Virus record (IMG/VR): IMGVR_UViG_3300008108_000264
Strand: one strand, 5' to 3'
Origin: an uncultured virus (IMG/VR IMGVR_UViG_3300008108_000264)
Lineage: Duplodnaviria > Heunggongvirae > Uroviricota > Caudoviricetes
Length of the DNA: 64,000 nucleotides
The notes under the pieces were generated by a model. That model saw nothing but the letters and a program-made list of their open reading frames with translations. It searched no databases and was not told where the DNA came from. Positions 50,593-60,844 of the stretch are shown in pieces (position 1 is the first letter of the stretch; every line of letters starts with the position of its first letter). Position numbers and translations under genes: made by a program.

Positions 50593-51728
50593 TAATTGTT
50601 TAATTTTTTATCTTTATCTTCTTTTGATAACTGTGTAAAATGTTTAAAAGATGATACTTTATTATATTGTTCTGCTGTAATTTGTTTACCATTTGGTAGT
50701 TCTTGAAAGTAACCACACTCGCCAATATATAATAAACCAACTCTTTTATTATTTTCACCTTCTCTGTTTTTTAAAATACCTATAGCTCTAAATCTATTTT
50801 TAAATTTAAAGATGTCATAATCCATAAATTTATCAAGATTGTTATTAGGGTTTATATGATTCATAGGATCAAACAAAGCCATAACTAGATTAGCATCTTG
50901 TGCTAACATGTTAGTTTCTTTAATGTCTGATATTTTTGGAAATAGTTCACCGTATTTAACACGATTAATATCATCCATAGATCTGTTACTGTGTGAAACA
51001 TTTACACAACTAAAGCCTAGTTGATTTCTGTAAATATCTCTACAGTTAGAACTATGAAGGTCAATCGTAGTTTTAACTGACGTATTACCATTATGACTTT
51101 CTACTTTTAAATTACCAACAGTATCTGTAATTATTATTACAGTTTGATTAGAATCGTTAGGAGTAAATTTAAATTTACCATCATCATCTTCTTCTAATTT
51201 ACCTACACTTGCTGCAAAATTTAATACATCCTGTCTAATTTGACTAGGACTCATAGGTCTATCAATAATAGTAATATGTTGAAACATTTCATCAAAATAA
51301 GATGATAACTCTTTTATCTTTTTATAGAGAGCACTATCAAGTTTATTATCACCTTTAGAAAATATATATTTAGAGTCTACAATAATTCCATAATCTATAA
51401 ATAGTTTAAGTGCAACTAATTTAGCAATTACTTCTTCTGCAGAAACCTCTAAACTATATAGTCTAATCTTCAATGAATCTTTTATTTTACCTTTATTTTT
51501 GTAACAATATTCATAAGGGTACATTACATAAGCATACCATACAAATGAAGATTTACCAACACCAGACTCTGCAAAGATAACATCGTATCTTGCTTTCTGA
51601 ATACCAGCAATATAATCTTCAAGTTTAGGAAAACCCATAGGTAAACCTTTGTTGTATCCTTGAATACCTTTATCTACTTTATTAAAAAATTTCTTATAAG
51701 TCGTCGAATAAGGAATATTTAGACTCAT
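50592..51728 (-). CDS. DnaB-like SF4 replicative helicase
   Basis: AESGVGKS, YSLEV, SHSNR, QDANLV and LKNREG motifs. Confidence 0.9.
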   Translation of the reverse strand: MSLNIPYSTTYKKFFNKVDKGIQGYNKGLPMGFPKLEDYIAGIQKARYDVIFAESGVGKSSFVWYAYVMYPYEYCYKNKGKIKDSLKIRLYSLEVSAEEVIAKLVALKLFIDYGIIVDSKYIFSKGDNKLDSALYKKIKELSSYFDEMFQHITIIDRPMSPSQIRQDVLNFAASVGKLEEDDDGKFKFTPNDSNQTVIIITDTVGNLKVESHNGNTSVKTTIDLHSSNCRDIYRNQLGFSCVNVSHSNRSMDDINRVKYGELFPKISDIKETNMLAQDANLVMALFDPMNHINPNNNLDKFMDYDIFKFKNRFRAIGILKNREGENNKRVGLLYIGECGYFQELPNGKQITAEQYNKVSSFKHFTQLSKEDKDKKLNN

Positions 51729-52275
51729 TAGTTAAATTATTGTCTTTATTAATTTTAATTTGTTCGCAATAAACAACAAGATCAGTAGATACTTCTCCTG
51801 TTACTTTATCTCTTTTCTTTATAAAATGATCGGCTTGTCTTAGGTATTGGTAATTACCGTATTGTGAAATGATATCTTTAAAATAAAAATCTCTTGCATC
51901 AAAGACATCATCTTTAGTGTAAGTAGGATTCTCTTTAAAGAATTCTTTCATTTTTTCAATGCAGTCTTGTTTAATACCCATAGCTTTTACTCTCTTACCT
52001 GACCAACCTGCACGCCAATCATCTATCCATTCTTCAATATTAGAATGACCATTATTATAGTTAATTTTTAATTGAGAGTTACTTTTTGTAACAATCTCTA
52101 CTTCTACTTCAATAAAAACTAAACTATTATCCATTTGAAAATCTTTATTTAGTCTAGCTTTATTTAGATGAACTAAATTAACACTACAAAGTTTATACTT
52201 ACCTTTGGATATAGGTTCAAGTAATTTATTACTTACTAAATAGTCAAATTCTTTTTCATTAACTTTAAGTAACAT
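51694..52275 (-). CDS. Hypothetical protein coupled to the helicase (possible loader/initiator)
   Basis: 193-aa ORF overlapping the helicase start; function inferred from position only. Confidence 0.55.
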   Translation of the reverse strand: MLLKVNEKEFDYLVSNKLLEPISKGKYKLCSVNLVHLNKARLNKDFQMDNSLVFIEVEVEIVTKSNSQLKINYNNGHSNIEEWIDDWRAGWSGKRVKAMGIKQDCIEKMKEFFKENPTYTKDDVFDARDFYFKDIISQYGNYQYLRQADHFIKKRDKVTGEVSTDLVVYCEQIKINKDNNLTNESKYSLFDDL

Positions 52276-52978
52276 TTATACGAGTGTCTTTAAAATATTT
52301 ATTTAATACTTGAATAAGTGCATCAAGATCATCGCTTGATAAAACTTTTTTCTTTTTTAAGTTATCATAAGTTCTATACCATACATCATCATTTTTGTTA
52401 TAGTACTTCTTATGATTTAAGTACGTTTTCTTTCTTTTTACACTAAGTTGATATACTTCCATTTCAACAAAAAGTGAACCATCTAAATTACTATATGAAT
52501 GACTTTTTATTTCTTCATGTAAATGTAAATGAGATAATTGTTGATTAATAGTTTTTATTTTACTATCATAACTCTTAATCATTTCTAATATCTTATCACA
52601 TCTTTTTGAATAATCATTATACTTTTCTTTAGCAGACTTAGGTTCATTTTTGATGTAGTTAATATCTCTTTTAACTAAAGACTTAAGTTCTAATTCTAAG
52701 GAGTAGCCTTCTACATCTAAACAGAAATCTTCTGAAGTTCCTCCACTTAAAAACCATTCTTTTTTTCTTTCGTTTAAATCTCTATGGATTTTAAATAACT
52801 TATCTTTTTTTGAAACAGATTCTTTTAAAACTCTACTGTAATCATTTTTTAGTTTACTTTTTTCAGTTGTTAAAAGATTAAAATAACGAGAGAGTTTATC
52901 ACGCTCTCTCGTTAATTCACTTAAAGAATTAGATAATTCTTTTACTTGTTTCTCAAGATATTCCCAATCTATTTTCAT
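52265..52978 (-). CDS. Coiled-coil hypothetical protein
   Basis: Heptad-rich 237-aa ORF with ATGA overlap. Confidence 0.65.
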   Translation of the reverse strand: MKIDWEYLEKQVKELSNSLSELTRERDKLSRYFNLLTTEKSKLKNDYSRVLKESVSKKDKLFKIHRDLNERKKEWFLSGGTSEDFCLDVEGYSLELELKSLVKRDINYIKNEPKSAKEKYNDYSKRCDKILEMIKSYDSKIKTINQQLSHLHLHEEIKSHSYSNLDGSLFVEMEVYQLSVKRKKTYLNHKKYYNKNDDVWYRTYDNLKKKKVLSSDDLDALIQVLNKYFKDTRINVT

Positions 52979-54270
52979 TTAAGAAGATTTGATCTTTTTA
53001 ATCTAGTTTCAAGAAATTCTTTTAACTGAGTTCTTTTTTCAGTTATAGATTTTAATTCCATACGTAAAGCATCACGAGTTTCCTCAAGAGGTTTCATCTT
53101 GTCTTCTAACTCTTTCTTTTCACGTTTGAGTTTAGCATCATTGTAAGAATCAGCTATATCTTCCCAGATTCCACCTTTCAATTTCTTTTCAAATTCAGCT
53201 AAAGGAGATGTTACTTTTTGTACATCTTTCTCTTTAATTGATAATTGACGAGTTAAATCTGTGTAACCTAATACACCAGAAGGATTATCACCAACTTGTC
53301 CAATAATTAGATTCTCCATTATACTCTTAATTTGGTCTTTTGTTTTACTACCATTAACAATATCTGGATGAATCATTGTTTTATCAGATAAATCTTCACC
53401 TAAAACTTTATTTAATCTGGATTTGATATCACTACCATTCCATTTAAATAAAGATTCAATCTGATCAATTGCTTCATAAATTGTAAATTTTGTTGGATTT
53501 TCGGAATCCTTCTTAGAAGATTCCTGCTCAGGCTTTTTTTCAGCGCCTTCTTTATCTTTCGATTCTTCTTTACTTTTATCATCCTTAGGTTTATCTTTAT
53601 CTTTCTTTTCTTGCTTTACATAATTCTTATTACCTAACTCATTAGTATATTTTCTCCATAAGAAATATATTAACATAACGTCAAAAATAGTTGTAGTATA
53701 AATAAGAAAAACTGATGCAAAAGAAATTGGTTGTCGCCAATCTGGATTGATAAGTTTATAGTTACTAGGATTAAATTCTAAAGTAAAACCTAAGATAGGT
53801 AACCACCAAAGCTGTGTATTATTTTGCTGTGCTTCTAAATGAAATATAGACTCTAAATAAAGCAAATAAATTATACCTGTTATTACAAATCCTACAAAGA
53901 ATACAGGAATAGATTTAAATAAAACCTTAAGAAGTTCTAAAAAATTCAATTTATTTTTTTCAGCAGCTTTCCGCATAGAATTAGATATTACACTAATGAA
54001 TATAAAAGAAGTTAGTATTTCTATTACACCAATAAGAGCATATCTTGAAAAAGCCTGGAATAAATCCATACCCATACTGTCCATTGCAACTAATGATAAG
54101 TTCATTACCTCAATAAAAGTACCTACAGCACTTAAACTTTTAAATAAAAACTCAACATTCTCCTCTGCTAATGTATTAAAATTTATTGGGTTACTTGATT
54201 TAGTATTAAAATAATACCAGATACCAATAATAGCAATACATATAATTCCGATAACTGTTCCTAATGCCAT
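52975..54270 (-). CDS. Multi-pass membrane protein with C-terminal coiled coil
   Basis: About five hydrophobic segments in aa 1-205, then a charged linker and coiled coil. Confidence 0.75.
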   Translation of the reverse strand: MALGTVIGIICIAIIGIWYYFNTKSSNPINFNTLAEENVEFLFKSLSAVGTFIEVMNLSLVAMDSMGMDLFQAFSRYALIGVIEILTSFIFISVISNSMRKAAEKNKLNFLELLKVLFKSIPVFFVGFVITGIIYLLYLESIFHLEAQQNNTQLWWLPILGFTLEFNPSNYKLINPDWRQPISFASVFLIYTTTIFDVMLIYFLWRKYTNELGNKNYVKQEKKDKDKPKDDKSKEESKDKEGAEKKPEQESSKKDSENPTKFTIYEAIDQIESLFKWNGSDIKSRLNKVLGEDLSDKTMIHPDIVNGSKTKDQIKSIMENLIIGQVGDNPSGVLGYTDLTRQLSIKEKDVQKVTSPLAEFEKKLKGGIWEDIADSYNDAKLKREKKELEDKMKPLEETRDALRMELKSITEKRTQLKEFLETRLKRSNLLK

Positions 54271-54271
54271 A

Positions 54272-54712
54272 TCACTTCTTAGTTTTAATTATAATATTAG
54301 CAATAGTATCATCAACGTTTTTAAAATCTACTCTATTTCTTTTTACTGTATAATCAATAAATTCTGATATAGCTTGATCTAAAAATTTAACAATTCTTGG
54401 ATCAGTGTTATAAATATTAAATAAATCATAGAATGATTCATTAAGATATTTACCAGGAATAGTACCACTTTTAAGTTCTTGAGTTAACATTTCTTTCAAT
54501 ATTATCTCAGAAATTTCAGGATACATAACTTTAGGTAAAGCTTTAACAGTATCTATTCTTGCAATTGAATCTTTAAGAATAGAATCCCTTTTTAACTTAC
54601 TTGAGTCAACAAGTTCTTTGTTCTTACCAAACTTTCGCTTGGGTTTCTTTGTTTCTGTATTACCGCAAGATAATATAGATAAAATAAATAATAAAAGTAA
54701 AATTTTTCTCAT
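54272..54712 (-). CDS. Lipoprotein
   Basis: MRKILLLLFILSILS-C lipobox. Confidence 0.75.
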   Translation of the reverse strand: MRKILLLLFILSILSCGNTETKKPKRKFGKNKELVDSSKLKRDSILKDSIARIDTVKALPKVMYPEISEIILKEMLTQELKSGTIPGKYLNESFYDLFNIYNTDPRIVKFLDQAISEFIDYTVKRNRVDFKNVDDTIANIIIKTKK

Positions 54713-54713
54713 A

Positions 54714-55532
54714 CTAAAAAAGAGTTAATTGGTTATTATTAGATATTACATTAATAATCTTATAAGCTTCTCTAACATAATAGTTATAGTTGATGTCATA
54801 ACAACTAAACTCTTCGCAATTATAATACCTGTTAAAAATAGTAGTATTAAAGTCTTTCTCGACATTAGAGTAACTTTCATTGATAATGTAAAGTCATAAA
54901 TGTCTGTAGAGTTCATTATTGTTTCTTCAATTGGTATATTATGAACATAATAAGCTTCTAAAGCTTTAGGTACTATTTTCATAGAATGATCTTTATGCCA
55001 ATCTTTATTTATCTCAAAGTCACCTTTAAGTTTTGTTTTATCATTTTCATAAACTCCAATATAATTATTAACATCACGTATAATCATTTTTTTATAATTA
55101 ACGTATTCAAGTTCAAGACCAGAAAGTGTTTCCCAATCTTTACATATACTCATAAGTTTATCATAATGACTTTTATGAATCTTAACAGTAAGACCGTCAG
55201 TATTGATCTGTAACAAAGTAGAATCAGTATTTAATATTATTTCTTCAGCTAACATAGTTAATAGCAATTGGCCATTAACAGTAGTAGCTACAGTGTATGC
55301 TGGATCATAAAAGAATGATGTTTCTTCATTGGATTTACCATAAGAACCATTCAAAGCTAATTTTAATCCTTCATTAACAGCTTTAGCTGTCATGTCGTTT
55401 TTATCTATTTTAACTTTCTTTTTTGCAATAGATCTTTTATCATATACACCTTCGTATATATCACAAAACTTTTCACCTAAATGTAAAGGATAAAATCTAT
55501 TACGTATTGCTAAATTAGGATAAAAACTACTA
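54714..55532 (-). CDS. Family B DNA polymerase, exon 2 (frame break near 54872; true C-terminus ...YDINYNYYVREAYKII...QLTLF*)
   Basis: SSFYPN, KLALNGSYGK and INTDG motifs. The -1 frame (open 54893-54714) gives a typical C-terminus ending 1 nt before the next ATG. Confidence 0.85.
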
Positions 55533-55564
55533 CATTTGTTTCTGACATTTCTATCAGGTTCGGA

Positions 55565-56242
55565 CTATATCTTAAATTCTTTTGTCCATATATAACCCAT
55601 GTATGATTTTTTATAACCATTACATACTGAGTATATATTTTGCCATTTAAAATCTGGATTATTTGAAATAATATCTTCAACAGAATCTCACTCTTTTAAT
55701 AAATTTTTTTCTTTATCGTATTGTAAAAATTTGTATTTTTTCTTTTTTGTTTCTTTTAAAGTTTTAACCATCTTATTAACATTTTCTGGGTGTGACCAAT
55801 GTTTTTTAGAATACTCAGAAAGTTTTAATTTATGTTCTGGATATTTTATATATCTTCTTTTTTGAGATTCTGATAATACAATTCTAGTCTCATGTGAAAC
55901 AATACATTTAGTTTCAGAATCAATTCTTAAATTATACCCTTTATCTTTATTAGTAGATTCGTATTGATTAATCCAAAATAATTCTTTTTCTTTTAAAACT
56001 TTATCATCAATAATATCAAAATACTCTAATACCTCATATTCAAAAGAATCTCTTCCATATTTAAACCAAGAATGGATTAAATATCTATTTTCATTTTTTG
56101 ATTTTTTATTTAATAAATTTATATGTTGTTTTATTCTAGAATATATATTCTTAGATTTTCCAATATACACTTTATTATTATTTTTATTTCTAATACAATA
56201 AATTCCACATTTATTAAGATCTCTTTTTCTGTTTAATTTCAT
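55565..56242 (-). pseudogene. Intron-encoded GIY-YIG homing endonuclease; in-frame TGA at 55688-55690 truncates the NUMOD1-like C-terminal domain
   Basis: CGIYCIRNKNNNKVYIGKS...R...H...E...GYN. After the TGA the frame continues DSVEDII...IYSVCNGYKKSYMGYIW to TAG at 55565. Confidence 0.85.
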
Positions 56243-56270
56243 AACTAATTATTTAATTGCTTACAATAAG

Positions 56271-56278
56271 CAAATATA
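56271..56278 (-). promoter_or_regulatory. Bacteroidota-type -7 promoter element for the intron endonuclease
   Basis: TATATTTG (TAnnTTTG) ~29 nt upstream of the ATG; no clear -33 element. Confidence 0.5.
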
Positions 56279-56496
56279 ATAAATAGTTATTTTTAGTTAC
56301 CTCCTATTATCCAATAAAAGAATTTCCTTGCGCTTCGAATATCCCCTCGATATCCTACTCTACTCCTTTCCGTTTAGCAACGTAGTTTCGATAGTCTCTG
56401 CACGTTCCTTATTTTAACATAAAGCTTCGCTCAGGATTGCCATATTTTATAAACTTAGGTTTCCCTGAATTCACAAGGTTAAGACGCTAGTAGTTA

Positions 56497-57524
56497 ACGT
56501 CTATATCGATAATTATATAATTATCACAAGACTCATATATACCAGGTGCAATACAACCGTGTATACCACCCACACCAAAATCATATTGAAATCCTTCAAA
56601 TATAATATGTAAGTTATCTACTGTACCTTTCTTTTTATCAATGAGATTTCTATTGAAATAAGGAATAATTTTACTTACTTTATTTAAACTAATATCAGTA
56701 AAGAATCCTTTTAAAACAGAACCTTCTATTCTACAAGATTTTAAGAATTCAAGGAGATGTTGAAACTCTTTACTTTTAAAATTAATATATGGAAATATTA
56801 AATTAGAAAAAACAATTTCATCTCTTTTTGTTCTCATTTCTTTTAACTGAGAAACAGAAATATTCATTTCACTACTAATGATAGATGCAAATATTTCGGC
56901 ACCAATCTTAGGAGCATTAGCATTTATAAGAGATAGATTATACTCTTTTGATAATGCTATTCTCATTGTAACTTGTTCTTTACTTTTTTTGTAGAACTCC
57001 CAAGTAGATAAAACATCATTAAGATTATACTTTAATATGTCTTCTACTTCGGAGTTTTCTACAATGTGGTAATGTGGTATTGGCATATCTTGAACATTAG
57101 ACCAATTCATAGCAATTTGAATATGCTTCAATGAAGTTCTACGGTTCTTATTATCGAAATGCCAAATCCTGTACAAGTCTATTTGTTTGATTTTTACATT
57201 CTTTTCTGGTATACTTGAGTATTCACTCTCAATTATTCTTTGACTTTGTTCGTATAATAATTGATTTATTTTATAAGAAGGATAGTATTTCCATTTCTTA
57301 TAATTAGAAAGAATAAAATGTAGTAAAGGGTAGTCATAATTAATATTATTGTACCCTATCATTATATTACAATCATTTAAAAGAAACTTTACATACTCTT
57401 CTAATTGATTTACATCATTATGTATTACAAATGTTTTTATTGTTTCTGTGTATGGACAATAAGCAGTCATAGAATGAAAGTTTTTAAGCTGTTCTATGTC
57501 ATATACCCATACATTATCCTTCAT
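56497..57524 (-). CDS. Family B DNA polymerase, exon 1 (3'-5' exonuclease domain to start of motif A)
   Basis: YDIE, GYNNINYD, YNLNDV, FGVGGIHG and IIDIDV motifs. Confidence 0.92.
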
Positions 57525-58050
57525 ATAAAGATAAAAATTGTTTCTTATCTAATGTAAATGATTTAACGTTATTAGAAATTTCAATATAAACATCATTATT
57601 TAAACCTTTACAAAATCTTACTTTATAATCATCAATAGCATCATAGCTAATAGATGAAAGATCATCGACATCTTCTAGATTAGAGTAATCCTCATCTTCA
57701 TAATCTTCATCCTCATCTTCATCTTCGTCATAATCATCATCATCGTCATCTTTATTATTAAAACATTCGATAAACTGAACCTCATCATCATATTCAAAAC
57801 CTTCAACATAATCTTGTAGATCGTAATCAGAATGAATATCATTCAATTCTTCAAAGAAAGAACTAGCATTTAACCCAATGTATTCATCATTATCAAAAGG
57901 TTTTAACATATCTTCAATTGAAATAATAATATTTTTTATATCAATTTCTTTTAAATCATTAGGTTTTATATTAATATAAGCACCTTCTTGAGTACAATTA
58001 TCAATACCTACATGTATACTACTTTTACTATAAGTGCAAACTCTAAGCAT
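57514..58050 (-). CDS. Highly acidic hypothetical protein
   Basis: Long D/E tract; ATG at 58050 follows the stop of the upstream gene. Confidence 0.65.
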   Translation of the reverse strand: MLRVCTYSKSSIHVGIDNCTQEGAYINIKPNDLKEIDIKNIIISIEDMLKPFDNDEYIGLNASSFFEELNDIHSDYDLQDYVEGFEYDDEVQFIECFNNKDDDDDDYDEDEDEDEDYEDEDYSNLEDVDDLSSISYDAIDDYKVRFCKGLNNDVYIEISNNVKSFTLDKKQFLSLYEG

Positions 58051-58052
58051 AA

Positions 58053-58883
58053 TTAAAATATGTATCTTATAGAATTCCAAGGAATAATCTCATCATGTAA
58101 TTCTACAAATTGATTTATATAATCTTCTTTTAGATTGTATTTATATCTAATGTTTTTACCACCCATTTCACTAATTTTAAATTCTTGAATAGATGGATTC
58201 CATAATAAATACTCTCCTTCATTGTCTTTATTTTTCTGATGCATTTCTTCATTATGAGTAAGAAATATACATTCAGCTTTTACGTGTTGTTTAATCTCAT
58301 CTTTAATTAATTTATCGACAAGTTTAAATAACTCTTCATATTTGTCTAACCAACCATCATATACTATGATAGGACTAAAGTTAATATGAACATCATAACC
58401 CGCATCGTAAAAATCATTTATAGCTTGTATCCTCTCAACTATATGACTTGTTTTAGGTTCAAGTAATTGAGAATATTCTATTGGCATTAAACTAAATCTA
58501 ATTCTAATTTTTCTCTCAGGATTAAAGCTGAGAAATTTAGGATTAACTCGTTTAGTTGCAAAAGATGCTTTAGCTAAGTCATGATCTTTAAACCATTCAA
58601 ACACATATTGCCAATTCCAATATTTAGAATCTAAACCTATATCAGCATTACAACCTATATCATAAGTTATATATTGATCATCAGTTTGATTTGGTTTAGC
58701 AATTTCAGCAAAATAAACATGACTATTTATAGTAGTCAATATTTCATTTATATTCGTTGATACATCAACTGACTTATCAGGATGATGTCTTTTTAAATAA
58801 CAATAAGAACAATCATACTGACAACCTATTGTTATACTTGGAGCAATGAAATCTGTACTTCTACCTGAGTGGTAGATTTTCAT
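58053..58883 (-). CDS. Radical SAM spore photoproduct lyase (SplB)-like protein
   Basis: GCQYDCSYCY cluster motif, SFATK, RIRFSL and HINFSPII. The start at 58883 (MKIYHSGRSTDFIAPS) is preferred. Confidence 0.8.
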   Translation of the reverse strand: MKIYHSGRSTDFIAPSITIGCQYDCSYCYLKRHHPDKSVDVSTNINEILTTINSHVYFAEIAKPNQTDDQYITYDIGCNADIGLDSKYWNWQYVFEWFKDHDLAKASFATKRVNPKFLSFNPERKIRIRFSLMPIEYSQLLEPKTSHIVERIQAINDFYDAGYDVHINFSPIIVYDGWLDKYEELFKLVDKLIKDEIKQHVKAECIFLTHNEEMHQKNKDNEGEYLLWNPSIQEFKISEMGGKNIRYKYNLKEDYINQFVELHDEIIPWNSIRYIF

Positions 58884-59598
58884 GCTTTTTCTTTTGTTGA
58901 ACTTTATTTTTCTTTTTGATGCGTTTAAGTTTTTTATCATAAGCAGATAAACCTTTAGAGTTTGTAGTATAATAAACCATTTCACAATTTTGAGTATCTT
59001 CATCAGGACAGATACATAATAAGACTTTTACTTTTCTTGTAGTTCTAAATGAATTATTAAACATAAATGATTTAGTTTCCATTGAATATTGATCACCAAT
59101 AAATTCAACAATCCATTTTTGTTCTCTATATAAAGTATGAGTCCAGTTCTTAGTATACCTCTGATGAATAAATCTAATTATTTGGTCATTAGTGTATTGA
59201 AAAATATAACTTTTATGTAAATTAAGTTTACTCCATTTGAGTCTGTAATTAAAAATTAACAAATCCATCTTCTTGAGATGCTTTTCTGTCTTACCTATTA
59301 AATCTTTTAACTCTTCTCTGAAAATTTTAATTTCAGGATTTACTAAAGAACCTTTAGAACCTTCAAAATATAAGATCATATTTGCATACACCTTATTATT
59401 CTGTTCTTGTTCTTTAGTTAATGGTAGATGAGAACCACTTTCACCAATAGCTCTATCTTCTAATTTTGTAAATAATTTTTCATTGTAAAGAATAAAACTA
59501 TGACCATCATCAACTAGTTCGATTAGTCTTGCTTGACCTTCGAAGTTTAATTCAAGTTGAGGACTATGGTATATATTAACAATGTCTCCAGGTTTCAT
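58861..59598 (-). CDS. Hypothetical protein
   Basis: 245-aa ORF. Confidence 0.6.
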   Translation of the reverse strand: MKPGDIVNIYHSPQLELNFEGQARLIELVDDGHSFILYNEKLFTKLEDRAIGESGSHLPLTKEQEQNNKVYANMILYFEGSKGSLVNPEIKIFREELKDLIGKTEKHLKKMDLLIFNYRLKWSKLNLHKSYIFQYTNDQIIRFIHQRYTKNWTHTLYREQKWIVEFIGDQYSMETKSFMFNNSFRTTRKVKVLLCICPDEDTQNCEMVYYTTNSKGLSAYDKKLKRIKKKNKVQQKKKHENLPLR

Positions 59599-59599
59599 A

Positions 59600-60322
59600 T
59601 TAGCTAGATTTACTTTTCATAATATAATATTGTCGTATAATCTGATGTTTATGATTCTTAGATAAATAAAAATCATAATTATCGTTAGTATTTAAAATCA
59701 TAGGGTCATTGTTACCTATTTTAAATAAACCTGTTTTAGAATCTATTAGTTTAAGTAATTCTATTTTATGACCATCAATTGTAATACCTATGAGTAGAGG
59801 TTTACTTAATTCAAAATCTTTAATTTTTATTAATTCTGAATAAAGAACTTTCTCATATTTAGATTCTGCTAAATCAATATCTGATTTAAAAGATTCTATC
59901 TTAGCAATTGGATGTTCAAAGTTTCTATAATAATCTTTTGTTTGATCTAGTTCTTTCAATAAAACAAGATTATTATACTTACCCCATTTCTTATAAAATT
60001 GAGTGTTGATAATTGATAATCCTAAAGCTTTTGCAGATTTTAAAGAACAACTCTGCAAAACATCTTTATAATTTAATACAACACCCTCTTCATTATGCAT
60101 TGGATATTTTACAATATACCCACCTGTTTCAATTATGTTTACAGCTTTTTCTGTAAGTTCATATTGATCTAAGTCATTATTAAAAGATATTAATTCTAAT
60201 TCAAGTAAATTTATTTTTTCTAATTCGCTAAAAAATATTTCAGGTATTTCAGAAGAAATTATTTCTTTACTATAAAGTAGTCTTAAAACTATTATTTCAC
60301 TATTGGATAATTTATTTTCCAT
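59600..60322 (-). CDS. Hypothetical protein
   Basis: 240-aa ORF. Confidence 0.6.
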   Translation of the reverse strand: MENKLSNSEIIVLRLLYSKEIISSEIPEIFFSELEKINLLELELISFNNDLDQYELTEKAVNIIETGGYIVKYPMHNEEGVVLNYKDVLQSCSLKSAKALGLSIINTQFYKKWGKYNNLVLLKELDQTKDYYRNFEHPIAKIESFKSDIDLAESKYEKVLYSELIKIKDFELSKPLLIGITIDGHKIELLKLIDSKTGLFKIGNNDPMILNTNDNYDFYLSKNHKHQIIRQYYIMKSKSS

Positions 60323-60333
60323 TTTATTAAAAA

Positions 60334-60840
60334 TTATTTTTCATTAAATTGTTCTCTCAACTTTTCAGATTGATTAGACAAATATGAATCCAATCTTTCT
60401 AGTAGAGTAACATCGTCGTTTATCGTTTCATTAGATAAATTGTTTTTTAATATTTGTTTACGAAGATCTTTATAAGCATAATATCTATTATCATTATATA
60501 AACTTAATAAAGCTTCATCATCTTTAAATAATCTATCAACTTTCTTAATTAAAGTCTTCTTAATAGATTTAGTCAAATCTAATTTCTCCTTAGTCGGAGC
60601 TTCAGATTCTTTATTAATTGACAAAAATACAACAAAATCTTTGTTATTTTTATCATTTAATTTCTTCCTGGTCTCAAATGGAATATTTTTATTATTCCAT
60701 CTAATTATTTCAGGATTAACATTTAAGGTTTTTGCTAATTCTTCTTTACCAATATCTTGATTAAAAGCTTCTACATAAAACGTAGATGGACCTTTTTGAT
60801 CAGGTAAAAGAACAGTGTATTTGAATAAAAGTAATTTCAT
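60334..60840 (-). CDS. Hypothetical protein
   Basis: 168-aa ORF. Confidence 0.6.
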   Translation of the reverse strand: MKLLLFKYTVLLPDQKGPSTFYVEAFNQDIGKEELAKTLNVNPEIIRWNNKNIPFETRKKLNDKNNKDFVVFLSINKESEAPTKEKLDLTKSIKKTLIKKVDRLFKDDEALLSLYNDNRYYAYKDLRKQILKNNLSNETINDDVTLLERLDSYLSNQSEKLREQFNEK

Positions 60841-60844
60841 ATTT

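Larger units (their letters stand above)
55533..56496 (-). ncRNA. Group I self-splicing intron (964 nt) in polymerase motif A
   Basis: P1: exon GACGU pairs with GCGUC (U-G at the splice site). P10: AACUACUA pairs with exon 2 UAGUAGUU. Core elements AATTCAGGGAA, AATCCTGAGC, GCAGAGACTA and AAGATATAGTCC are present, with a terminal G. Splicing restores DIDV-SSFYPN in frame. Confidence 0.93.

Noticed and set aside
767..54896. A genome-wide programmed frameshifting system explaining all frame breaks
   Set aside because: Breaks are mixed +1 and -1, share no slippery motif or stimulatory structure that I can see, and the polB break appears to lack sequence. Assembly gaps or indels are more parsimonious.
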